Source: Parasitella parasitica NRRL 2501 (taxonomy: Eukaryota; Fungi; Mucoromycota). Taken from it: DNA of 64,000 nt. How positions within the stretch are numbered: position 1 is the stretch's first letter; each line of letters starts with the position of its first letter. The notes under the pieces were generated by a model. The model was not told where the DNA came from. It worked only from the letters and a program-made list of their open reading frames with translations, and searched no databases. Both the position numbers and the translations under genes were made by a program. Location: assembly GCA_025201805.1 (NCBI GenBank), contig MU619276.1, positions 162,805 to 226,804 of the forward strand, written 5' to 3'. Positions 11,913 through 23,343 of this stretch are shown here, in pieces.

Positions 11913-13216
11913 GTTTGTTAAAAAGTAGAAAAAGGAAGAGAAAGCGAGAGAACGACAGAAATAACAAAACATCAAGTTTATATATGCAGGCACGTACAAG
12001 CTAGTGTCTGTTGTTATAGTGATGGCTAGTTGGGCTAGGCGGGAGCGTGGGAATAACAGGCATCGAGCCTGCGAACAAATGCTGGCTATTTGTTCCTAAA
12101 ACGGGAACCACTGTATCGCTGCCAAATGCATGTACCTTACAATATGGAAGCCAATGACGTATCGGCGTTACAAGTTTGGTTGAAAAAACGCAACAAACAA
12201 AAGAAGGGTAATCAAGCAAAGACCTGACTAGGGACCCAAGTTGGAAACAAGCATTTTGAGAAACACATCGTAGAAGAAAAAGTATGACCAGAGCCCTAAT
12301 TCTCTTGAATTTCAAACATGAAAGCAACAGATAAAGTTCTGGTCCTCGCCAAAGCTTGCATAATTCATACTTGGAAGCACAATGTCTTTCCAGTAATAGT
12401 GATTCCCAAAAAAAACGATTTCGTCAGGACATAAAGTGATGTGGTTTACCGGCATCTTTAACACCAAGTAAAGTATCACTGAACCAGTCGGTACAATAAT
12501 TCCATGTACCAAAGTTTTATTGCCAAAAACTAAATAGCTGTGGTCTTTTCTGTTGCTCAGATCCACGTAGAGCCGTTTTTCCCATTGCATACTTGCTTCC
12601 TGATGCACCCTCTCAATTTTTTTTAGACATGGAAAGCATGCTCAAATCGCCTTACCAGCCCTTGTATACCGTCCATGGACCAAGATAACTGGAAATCATT
12701 TGATTGAAATTTTCACCACAAGAATCAAGACGTTTGTTATAATACATCATAAAAAGCAGCGCTCACAACAAATGTCTTTTGTTTCACCTCATTGTTTATT
12801 AGGTTGCAACGCAAGCAATTATTTCGATATGCTGTCTCACAAACTTCGTTAGTAAGCTCACAAGTTAAGCATATAGCAAGATGCAGACTCAAAAATATCA
12901 GAGCTGTAGGACATACTTTGTATGGAAAACCAGGAGACATGTGGGAAAAAGCTAGATCAGATTTCAGGAATGAATCCCCCTGCCCTTTTTTGCCGCCCAC
13001 TCAAGCTCCACTTTGTTATCATGCAGGTACTTTTACACAAGCTGGAAAAGTAAAAGCATCCAATGGGGATCCATGAGCTTTCCTTTTATTTGAAACGAGT
13101 TATAAATGTTGATTTTATTAAAGTATAGAAAAAATGGCTATTAGCAAGCACAGAATCAACATTGACCAAGAAACAATATACATGCTCAGTTAAACAGTAC
13201 ATAGGGATTCTTTGTT

Positions 13217-13623
13217 TTACTCCACTACACGAGCACATGAATACAACATGCATACGCACACACATTACAACGAAGATCACTTACGTAAAATATGTTCTTC
13301 AACAAGTTTTTGTCTGTCTGGACGCTCATGAAGTTCCTTGTTGAGTTTATCAGCAATTCTGTGTTTCTCTAATTCATCACGGTGTTGTTGAATGGCGGGT
13401 GCTATCTTTGGATCTGTAGCAAATTTATAAAAATGGTTATATTGATAACGCCTCTCTTTGCTCCTAGATAAACATACCTTTCATGATGTTTCTGTCGACC
13501 AAGTCTTGAGCGTTAGGACGGTTAGCCAACTGCTCTTCAAGAGATTTATTTTCGGGTACAGCTAGATGCATTATAAGTTGTCGCATCTATTTTGTCAGTA
13601 TATGTCCGTAGCCACTTACTCAT
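13217..13623 (-). CDS. Small (74 aa) RPEL-repeat protein; exons 13623-13620, 13561-13478, 13413-13285, 13224-13217 (not in ORF track)
   Basis: Spliced product MTVPENKSLEEQLANRPNAQDLVDRNIMKDPKIAPAIQQHRDELEKHRIADKLNKELHERPDRQKLVEEHILLE*. Two LxxxLxxRPxxxxLVxxxI(L/M) RPEL repeats. All introns are GT-AG and in frame. Confidence 0.85.
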
Positions 13624-14071
13624 ATCAAATAGTTTCAAATGTTTAGAGCCGAGGAGAGGAAAAAAAAAAACAGAAAAAGAAAAAAGTAAATAACCAAATG
13701 CCTCTTTTTATCCAGATGATATGTATCACGCGTGTTGCTGTATGCTGTACATGATCCCACCAGACCTATGTTAATCAAACAGAAATGACGTCGATTCTCC
13801 TTTATCGCTTGGTGCTGGCAATCCAAACAAAAGTTCACACTTCCTGTTGGCTCATGAGAGTAAGACCGTTCTTGATACGACTAAAGCTAATCCACAGGCG
13901 GTTGTATTTTATTTAGTTGGTGTGCTTTGATTTTATGATGTGTAAAATAGACTTTGCTTTTTGGTGGGCCTTGTGGAGTTTCACTGCTGTTCAGCCTGCG
14001 GATTCGTCCCAGTCACAGAAGCATCAGACAGACATACGGTGCATGCTCTTTCTTTCTTGGAATCCAACAGC

Positions 14072-15319
14072 ATGTCAAATAGAATAGGAGGCCTACCTTT
14101 ACCGGCAGGCTCTCTTTCGAGCAAAAGAACGGGAGGAGGAACAAAGCTATTTGTGAATGCAAACGGAACGGTGCTCTCCTCGGTATCAACATACATCGCA
14201 GCTTCGATCTTATCAACGTTTGCCAACAAAATGCTGTTTACTTATTCCGAATACAAATTTCCATATCCTTGCTTCACAGTCTTTTTCCAGCTTGTTATTT
14301 CGCTGATACTTATGGCTGCATGGAGCCACGTTGGACTATTGTAGGTGGTTTACTACTATTCTTTATTCTCTATTTTTTTTTTTTTTTCACCGTCTGTTTG
14401 TTCCCTAGCAACCATACATTGCCTCGAATACCAATATTAAACTGGGATTCTGCAGTGGCGATTCGCGTAGCGCCATTGACCATTGTGTTCATCTGTGTCA
14501 TAATATTCAATCCTCTCTTCCTGCAGCATGTCGAAATCACAACATATCACTTTGCCCACTCGCTCACTATCGCTTTCTCGATCGTATTTTCATACCTAAT
14601 GCTGCGAATAGAGCAACCACAGCGGATAGTGTCAGCAAGTGTAATAGTCATCTTTGGTACCTGTATAGGGTCCATGGGAGACCTTAATTTCTCACTTGTA
14701 GGTGCATTTTATACTCTATCGTGGCCTGCTGTAGTGGCATTGTATGGCATCTATCTGAAAAAGACGTTGATCGCATTGAAAAACGATTTATGGTAAGCAA
14801 ATCCAACGCAAATCAAAAGTGCAGCACCAACAACAAACACACAGGGCGCTTGTGCAGTATAATACTGTCATGGCAACTGCAATTATGGTGCCTCTTGTCT
14901 TGCTCTCTGGAGAGCTAAACGAGATATTCTCCACTGTTTGGTTTTGGGATGAATTTGGATTCTGGTTACAGATGTTTATTACCACCCTGACTGGATTTGG
15001 TGTTACTATCTCGATGCTATTATTATTAATGCATACATCCCCCCTGACGTTAAGTGTGGCCAGCGTGTGCAAGGTAAGGCTCATCAGTCAGGCTGCTTGG
15101 CTGATTCATTTGGTAATGTAAAATGTGATAGACAAGTATACAGGCTCTTGTTGTGGCTGTCGTGTTTGGAAATCGAATGACAATGCTTGTAAATATCGCT
15201 GCGGAAAAAACACTACAGAACACTCATTTCTTTGTCCTTAGAATACGGGTGGCATGGCTATCTCGCTCGCTGGATCAGCTTATTTTGCTTATTTGAGATC
15301 TGCGGAATCAAAATTCTAA
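14072..15319 (+). CDS. Nucleotide-sugar transporter, TPT/SLC35 family (GDP-fucose transporter SLC35C1-like); true start may lie upstream (about 13720-13860)
   Basis: Multi-TM exons: FANKMLF...FPYPCF, LQHVEITTYHFAHSLTIAFSIVFSY, HTSPLTLSVASVCK, ending AYLRSAESKF*. Confidence 0.75.
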
Positions 15320-15698
15320 CCTGCATGCCGGACCTGGTCGTTGTTGAGAATAGACGGCAATAATACGGTATTGTTATAATAATAAAAGCAAAAAGCCCTT
15401 CTATAACAAGAGCCGTTGTGGCACTGTTTGCATTATACATCAACAGCCAAAAAAAAAAAAAAAAAAAAAAAAAAAACGCGCCTATTTGTTTATGCACTTT
15501 TGCTTGCAATCATGTATTATATAACCTAAGCCTAAATCGTTGCTTTAGTTGGAATCTTGCTTTTCTCAGTTTGATTGTCTATAAATAAGCTGTCTGCATC
15601 AAACTAAGCCTTGGGATCAATACCAAACACCTGAAAATGTATATAAACGACAAGGCTATAGACAGCAAAAACAACATTTCCCATATTTATCACAAAGC

Positions 15699-18600
15699 AT
15701 GGCATCAATTGTAGCATTTGTTATTTTGTTATTGCTGTCAAGTTTCAATAAAGTGAATGCCTACTATGGTAGTATTTATGGCGGTGCGTCATACATTCCG
15801 CCTCTGATAGACGCGGCAGCCGTTGCAGTACAAGACACAGTATACCTTTTTGGAGGGGTCGAAGCTACCCTCGAACAAGATTTCAACTTTGATATGACAA
15901 CTATAAAATTCGATTCGAATCAAAACCTGGTAACCAACACTTTCGATAGTGCCTCCTTGCCGTACAACAGACATCGCTGTCAAGCTTTTTCGCTGGGCGA
16001 CAACAAGACGATTGTAGCTGTCAACGTCCAATATCCACATCTCAACATTACTCAGGGACACCCGTATTTCAATATAAGTGCAGAGCACACCCAAGGAAAT
16101 ATAACTACGCTCAGAACAGCAGGTCTATCTTTCTATGATATAGCAAGCAATACTTGGACTAGCCCTCAGAACAACACAATTCTACCTCCATTCAGATCAA
16201 CTCTTATGGCAGCAATCTCCCCTGAAAATGATGCTATTTATACGATGGGCGGCACCTACCTTGCCGCAGACGCTAATATGCCAGAGATTTTTAGATTCGA
16301 CCTCAAAAACGTATCCTCCGTAGTCAATCTGACAGCTGCCTACCCAAACTTGAGACTGGAAGTGTTCCGTGGCACAGTTCAGATGTTACCGTATGTTGGT
16401 TAAAAGCTTAAATTTGATAACGACACTAATGCATGTAACGATAGAAACGGAATCATAGTTATTGCTTTTGGCATGAATAATGTATTAGACGGGGCACTTT
16501 TCAACACGACTCAAGTAACTCTATTTGACACACGCAAGAATGAAATTTATACACAACCCGTTTCTGGAGTACCGCCAGAACCAAGATTTGGGCTTGGAAA
16601 CGCATTGGGTATTATGCTTTGCAAAGTTGTGTCGGAACAGAATACTGATTTCGAATTTCCATCTATAGGTCCTGATAAATCCACAATATACTACTATGGA
16701 GGTATGCTGGTGTACAGATGCATGAAATCGATTCCCAGCTAACGTATTTTTGTTCATAGGTGGTGACCAAATGGCTGCATTGAACACCGCAGCAGGTTCA
16801 GCCGTACCAAACCTCGTTGCGCTTGATACAACTACATGGACGTGGGTTTATCCAAAGGTTCTTGGACTTGCAGCTACTCCCTATGCTTTCTCCACATTAA
16901 CATTACTAGAAGATTCTAAACTGATTACACTAACAGGTTAGTGGGCAATGTTCAATTATCACATATGCAGTCGGCTAACTTATGGCACATGCAAACTTTA
17001 ATAGGCATTATTGGTAGTATTGCTACAACTGATATCGGTGTCATCACCAATGTTCCAAAATCTAGTGAAGAGCTCCAAAACAGCCAAATGCGATGGTTTA
17101 CAAACAATGAGGAATTCGATCAAACTTACCTGGTTACGGAGCCGCGCAAAGAGCTTAGTCAAGGTGCTATTGCTGGCATTACTATTGGAGTTTTGGTCGT
17201 AGTTGCACTGTTGATCGCACTCTTATGGAAAAGATTTCCAAAGGTAAGACGCATCGGAAACTATATACAGAACGAAATTATTTGGCATCCAAGGTTAGTA
17301 TATTTCCAAATTTTGCAGACAAGCAAAGCAAGTTTTTGACTTGACGGTAAACTACAGATCTGGAGAACCGTTGTGGGCAGAAACAGCACGACTCTTGGTT
17401 CGCTTTATTCTCCTGTTTTTGTTTTTGGCATTTGTTGTATACTCGATCTACAGGGCTGTTGAAAGCCCTATTGTAACCCAAGAAATAAGAACACCCACCA
17501 ACACCGTTAGATCACCAGGTAAATTTTGATTAACGATAAAAACAAAAACAGCTTCTAATTGTAAAGCATAGATGTTCGTTTTTGCTTTGATGGCTTCAGC
17601 AATACGGACCCTACTCAGAATCTAAGTGTCACTTGTGCCTTCCGAAATGGTACAGATTGTTCAAGCCGAATTGTAGCGCTAGATATGGCTGAGCATTCGC
17701 CCGTGTATCCCGATCAATTAGGAGATGTTACCTGCTTCATGTTTATATCCGAACCTGCATACTCTTTCATTGACGATAAAATGAGTTTTAGTCAAACTAC
17801 AAGCACAAAGATGTTGTTCACCTTTCAAGGTCCACCAAGACTTTCTACAGAGGGAATTTCGGACGGTTCAGGCGTGATTTACATTGACATGTATCCGCCA
17901 GGTTACAACCCAAACATGGATATCTACAACTTGACTGGTGGTGCTGCTCAGAGCAAACTTACTTCTACATACATCAGAGAGTGGGCAATCAACGAACAAG
18001 GTTCTAACTTGGTAGATTCGATTATTCTTAAACCTAGTGTCAGGACAACAGCTGCATTCGAGATAATCGAAAATAGAAAGCTGCGGAGGGATGATGGATG
18101 GAACCTTGTGGGGTTTTCGTCCAACTATGACAAACGCTACGAGGTTGAAAGCTACTTTAAAGATGCACCTCAAAATATTGGATTGTTGGGATCCTCCAAA
18201 ATTTTAGCACAGCTCACTCTACAACCTTACGCATTTACAATCAACGTCAACAACGAGCAAAAAGTGTTCACTCTTCTGAACGCATTTGCACAAGTCGGTG
18301 GTGTCCTTGGTTTATTCATAGCTTTGCAAACCATTCTCTTTGGCTTCAGACCTCAATCTCCTTGGGGCATCGTTCATCGCTGGTCGTTTGGTAAACTTCG
18401 AGTCAAGCTTACAGACAGGTTGGCCAATTATTTCGATCGCATGGGGACACCCGTACCGCTAGTCAATCCTGTGAGTCGAAGATTAAGCACAGTATTCAAG
18501 AACAATGCATATTCTGCAGTACCTGGTTATTCCTACGCTGATGAAGAAGCTTTTAGCCAAGAAAACAGAGTGCACCAAGTGGAAGAACGTCTGCAGCTAA

Positions 18601-18932
18601 TGGAGCTTTTGTTAAAATCATACTATTTGAATGATGAAGTATTCCGCTCTTTAGATCAAGCTGTCAAACGTGGAAATGAAGAAAGACGTCGCAGTAATGG
18701 AGGACAAGGAGGACAAGGACAAGGGGAAAGAGAAGATAGAAGAATCATTGATGATGCAATTATGATGTCTGGAGACGATTCCATTGAGATTATTGAATTA
18801 AGTAACAATGCAAAAGCAGCTGCAGAAAGTGGTTCTACTGATGCAATCAACAGAACGACGTCTGGTGCTGTACTTCCTCAGCAAAGGAGTATATACCAAG
18901 CAAATCTAGTTCCAGATCAGCCAACCCCTTAA
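15699..18932 (+). CDS. 958-aa membrane protein: signal peptide + Kelch repeats + TM + two-TM DEG/ENaC/PAC-like module + cytosolic tail (7 exons)
   Basis: Exons 15699-16390, 16445-16608, 16669-16701, 16760-16936, 17005-17293, 17358-17518, 17572-18932 join in frame via GT-AG introns (2877 nt). Kelch GG motifs (VYLFGG, IYTMGG, IYYYGG, LDTTTWTW) and three hydrophobic helices after the signal peptide. Confidence 0.85.
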
Positions 18933-19232
18933 GTAATTAATGTATTTCACATATACTATATACCGTATACGCCTACATTTCTAATAAACAAAATCCTTTC
19001 ATATATCGAATGATTTACAAGTACCATAAACACTTGCGATACTTTTAACATATTATTAAATAAAACAGAGTGTTCAGCTTAAAAAATCGCCTTGTATACG
19101 GTAGTTAGACCATGTCCAATTTTCGAGAGGTCTAAGCTATTCAAAAAGCATTTACTTTGTTTACAGAGCTTTCATTAAACAAGATAAACGAAATCTCATT
19201 CTACATGCCAAGCAAGTATTGCAAATACTTTT

Positions 19233-20101
19233 TTTTTTTTTTTTTGTAAGTATGAAGGTTTATTAAATGTTAAACTAAGCTAAAAGTTAAGAAACTCATA
19301 AAAAGGGAAATATTAGAAAGTTAGAGATAAGTGGCCCGTCTCGAGGATGTTCAAGAGTTATCTACAATAATTTAAACAAGTGTCTCAGGTTGATCATGGC
19401 ACGGTCCATAACGGATTGGTTGTCAAAATCAACAGTTTCAAAGAATTTAAGCCATTTGGCCCGCCAGATGGCTGTGATCACGCATGTAAAGGCTTCAAAG
19501 GTAGATATCCGCAAGAAGGAGTCTAAGAGACGATATGCGGACAAATTTAACGACATTACGTCTTCGTATACTTTAGCCATATTGAGGGATGCAGAGGGTA
19601 CGAATACCAAGGAGAAGTAATTCCACCAGATTTCAGAATGAGTAGGACAAGTAAAGAGCATATGACAAGTAGTCTCCCGCATACCGCAATAGACACACAT
19701 TTCATCAGTCAAACGAAGAATATTGACTATGTTAGCTTTGGAAGAGACTTTGTTAGGGATCAGACGAAACCATAAGTTACGAGCTGCACTAGGCATTTTG
19801 GTGTGAAGAAAAGAGGTCATTGTGAACCGATTCAAGTCAACGTGTGGTCGGGCAATTGGGGGGTGATCTCGCATATACATCGCACGAAGCTGAGTATTAG
19901 TCATGGACAAGACCGGTATACTTTGGTAGTTAAGCTTGTGAGAGAGGTAAGGAGTAAAATCGACGCCACCCGCAGATGAGGCCGGGAGAGCAAGTCCAGA
20001 CGGAGGAGATAAACATATTTAGAGCGTAGGTGTAAAGGTTAGAGCAGCTGAGCTTACGGCCTGCTTAAGCTTCCTGAGGAGTACAGGGTGAGGGCAGTTG
20101 A
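19233..20101 (-). mobile_element. 5'-truncated L1-clade LINE (ORF2 C-terminus, zf-RVT) with poly(A) tail and 11-bp TSD
   Basis: ARNLWFRLIPNKV...CVYCGMRETTCHMLFTCP...IWRAKW motifs. Poly-T at 19229-19245. TSD CAAATACTTTT at 19222-19232 and 20102-20112. One in-frame TAA upstream of the listed ORF. Confidence 0.88.
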
Positions 20102-20182
20102 CAAATACTTTTATTTAATAGGGTTGTTGAAAAACTTTGAAGACAATATTGTTGATGAATTTCCCAACCTAATCTTTTATTT

Positions 20183-20339
20183 CAGTTTCATCGATAAAGG
20201 TACAGTTGTTATTGTATGCAATGCCTTTTGTCAGTAACTTGTTGACATACTCATATCTTGCCTCGATTGTGGCGGGTTTGTTTCTTCGCTCTTCAATAGG
20301 TTTGACGCGAGTTAAAGTATAGCCAGTGTGCTCTACAAG
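20183..20339 (-). mobile_element. Tc1/mariner (IS630-like) transposase fragment
   Basis: Translates LVEHTGYTLTRVKPIEERRNKPATIEARYEYVNKLLTKGIAYNNNCTFIDET, i.e. the linker plus first catalytic FxDE motif, then is lost. Confidence 0.65.
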
Positions 20340-21180
20340 GAATACAATTCACGCTCATACTCGTCAGAATCTCGGCTGATTTTGTGATAGTACTTGGTGC
20401 TGTTTGTGTTATCGACATTGAGCATATCAAGAACCAACAATCCCACACCACGGCAAATCATATGCATTTCATCCAGAGAGAATGAAAGCGATCCCACATA
20501 CAAATCCATACCCGAGAAAATGCTCAAGCCAGTAATGCCTCTTTCAGCATCGCCACGAATGTACTCATCCATTGTTCGCAAATTGCCGTTTGTATAGCGT
20601 AGGTACATTCCGTGGCTTCGATTTTGTGGATGCTCAGCTCTTTGAACGCAAATTCTGCAAGGGTAAAAGCTTTGATGGGGAGCTACATGGCTAACGAGGT
20701 TGATAGCAGGGGTGTCACCACCATTCAGCACCAGGTAAACTTAAGCTCGACACAGTTTCACCAAACTTTTTAACAAGCATGCCATTTCTTTCAAGATAAT
20801 GTAATTCAGCCAAAATAGGTTTCAAAAAACTGTCCAGAGATGATTTTGATGGTCCAGGAGTAATGGCTAATTGAACATGATATGTCTGTTTATATCTAGT
20901 TCTGCTGTCATAATTGAGAACGACGAGGTGTACCATATTAAAAAGGCGTGATCCACGCTTGTCTGTTACAAATCCATCCGTTGAGAGTTATTTCGATATA
21001 AATAACGATTGTCTCCAAAGACAACTAAATAGAGAGACTACTAGCGATTATATCACGGAGAACGTAGGGTCTTTATTAATGATTGAAAAAGGAAGCCAGG
21101 GTTGCTCTGGTCTTGGTTTCTAAAAGTCTTTATACAATTTGTTTTGAAGAACAGCAAATACTGCTTTATTTCGTGCAACT
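20340..21180 (-). mobile_element. Degenerate CACTA/EnSpm-like (Transposase_21) transposase
   Basis: STDGF, LAITPGPSKSSLDSFLKPILAELHYLE, GDTPA, CRIC and SLDEMH motifs, with stops and frameshifts. Confidence 0.75.
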
Positions 21181-21835
21181 AGATCATATTCCTAATCCAT
21201 AAAAGACCTCGAACATGTCCATATTATAATCCCTTCCCTTTTCCCAAATACACCAGCATATACTATAACCAAAAATACCTTATTTCGAATTTGGTAATAA
21301 TCTTTAACTATGAATTTCTTGCAGTGTACCTAATAAGAATAAACACTTGGTTTTTATTTTGAAACGCTTGAATCACAGAAAGCCTTACAGTGTCAAAGTT
21401 GGAAATGAGATGAGATTCAACCTCCAGTTGATAGGCGTATTCTTCTGTCGCCAATATGCTAATAAATGAAAATTCATCATTCATATTACTACCTATTATA
21501 TTAACTCTATCTGCGATTTGAAACTGTAATGCATACGCGAGAACAATTTATGAGAAATAGATACAAAACCAATATAGTGATTCTATTTTATGATATTGTG
21601 CACAAATTCGCATAAGGTCATACACATAAGCATTTCAAATATTATGCACATTTGAGCATAGTATTAAGCATGCGGGGAGATTATCTCAAGAGCACATATG
21701 AGCTTGGCAATAAGCACATGTGCTGTTTATGTACATTTTGCATATTAACGTATTATTAACCATATTCACTGTACATAATAGATTGGGCTTCAGTGGTATG
21801 CCCACTTGACCATAATAATGTAATAATGTGTGATG

Positions 21836-22151
21836 TGTCAATTTCCCAACCGGAAGTCAAACTCAAGTAAACTCAATCCTGAACACAATTCAGGAACATA
21901 TCCCAATGGATCATGTCCCTTATTTACCGTATAACTCAACATGACATGTTCTTGGACAATAGATACAATCTATCGTTCCATTCTCTAAATCACACCATGT
22001 CTCACACTTGTATCTTATATCCTCCCATCAATCCACTTAGATTCACTAGTATATAAACCATCATTTTTTTCTTGTAATAAACGAGATCTTTACCTGATTA
22101 ATTCGCAACCGTTTTATTTGAATAATTTCTCATTCTGATAAATCATTGACA
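21836..22151. repeat. Possible solo-LTR-like segment
   Basis: Bounded by TGTCAAT...ATTGACA (7-bp inverted termini), with internal TATATAAA and AATAAA. No matching TSD seen. Confidence 0.3.
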
Positions 22152-23343
22152 GGAGATCATGGCAATGCACTTCAATTGAAGGTTGGAGATTGTCCAATTA
22201 TGTGATGTGATACGCTTGTGTAAACTGAAGAATAAAATCACTGTTTCAAACCAGGAAGGTTATTCCGCGGGTAGTTAGGGCACTGTTAGATCAAAGACGA
22301 GTAGCCCTTGTTGTATAACCTTACATTGTACCCTATCAAGTAGATTGTTACTCGGAATTATTCTTGTCAATCAGTAATCTGAATAAGTTACCATGAATTT
22401 ATGTAGTTGTAAAAGGTATAAATAGTTGATGCAATTTCGATCTTAAATAAAGTATCTTGAATTTTTCGGTTTTATCTTTTTTGTATTCAACAAATAGAAT
22501 GGTATAGCTAATAGCGCATAACCGCAGGAAAATTAAGAATCAAATGATGTTACGCATAGTCAATTTATGCCATTCGACTTCGCATAATATACAAAGCCAT
22601 ATAATCAAAACGCATTACAAATATAATTTAAAAGCTTATCAATGAATGTCGTGTGAAAGAAAACACTCCTGATCAAAGTGCTTTCATTTACACAATAAAA
22701 ATTTAGAATGAGAATAAATAATAGCAAAGACATCAAGTATGGCAGTTCGTCAATCAATGAGTTTTACCCATCATTCTAATTAAGCATGTTTTTCACACAA
22801 TAACTACAATATGACGATAGCCATTCTCACACGGCCCACTAATTTTTACGCATATCTCTATCCATGGTATATGCATTTCATTATAATTTTGCTTCTCCTT
22901 AAAACCCAAAGAAAATAACGGCTAGTTAACGCATTGACTCTGGGATCAATACTCCATTCATGAGAACTGACATACGACAATTCTAATGTTATAAATACTA
23001 AGATGTTTTCATCTGGATGAAGCCTCAGAATACTTTTATGATAAAGAATGCTTAATTTGATTATAACTGTAACTTTTTAAAACCCTTTTTTTTAAAAAAA
23101 AAAAAAAAATAATCGTAAAGCTATCGAATTTACGGCATCAGTTACTAATTTTGCATCAATATACCATTCATATTATTGTGATCCTCTCAATGTTTTGATG
23201 TAGCGACAACAATGATCAAATATGCCGCTGCGTCGTCCTTGTTCAACTAGCTGCTGCGGCCAAGGTGTTGCATTTTGTAGTTGAAAGACAACCTCCAAAT
23301 TTAGCATTTTCTTCTATTTTCGTTTTTCACTTTCCAGCATACA

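Noticed and set aside
12001-13100. Short ORFs upstream of ALDH7A1
   Set aside because: No recognisable domain or consistent splice pattern; could be a decayed gene but cannot be supported.
21550-22940. Scattered CGCATA/GCATA motifs as possible transposon subterminal repeats
   Set aside because: Too short and irregular to distinguish from background without statistics.
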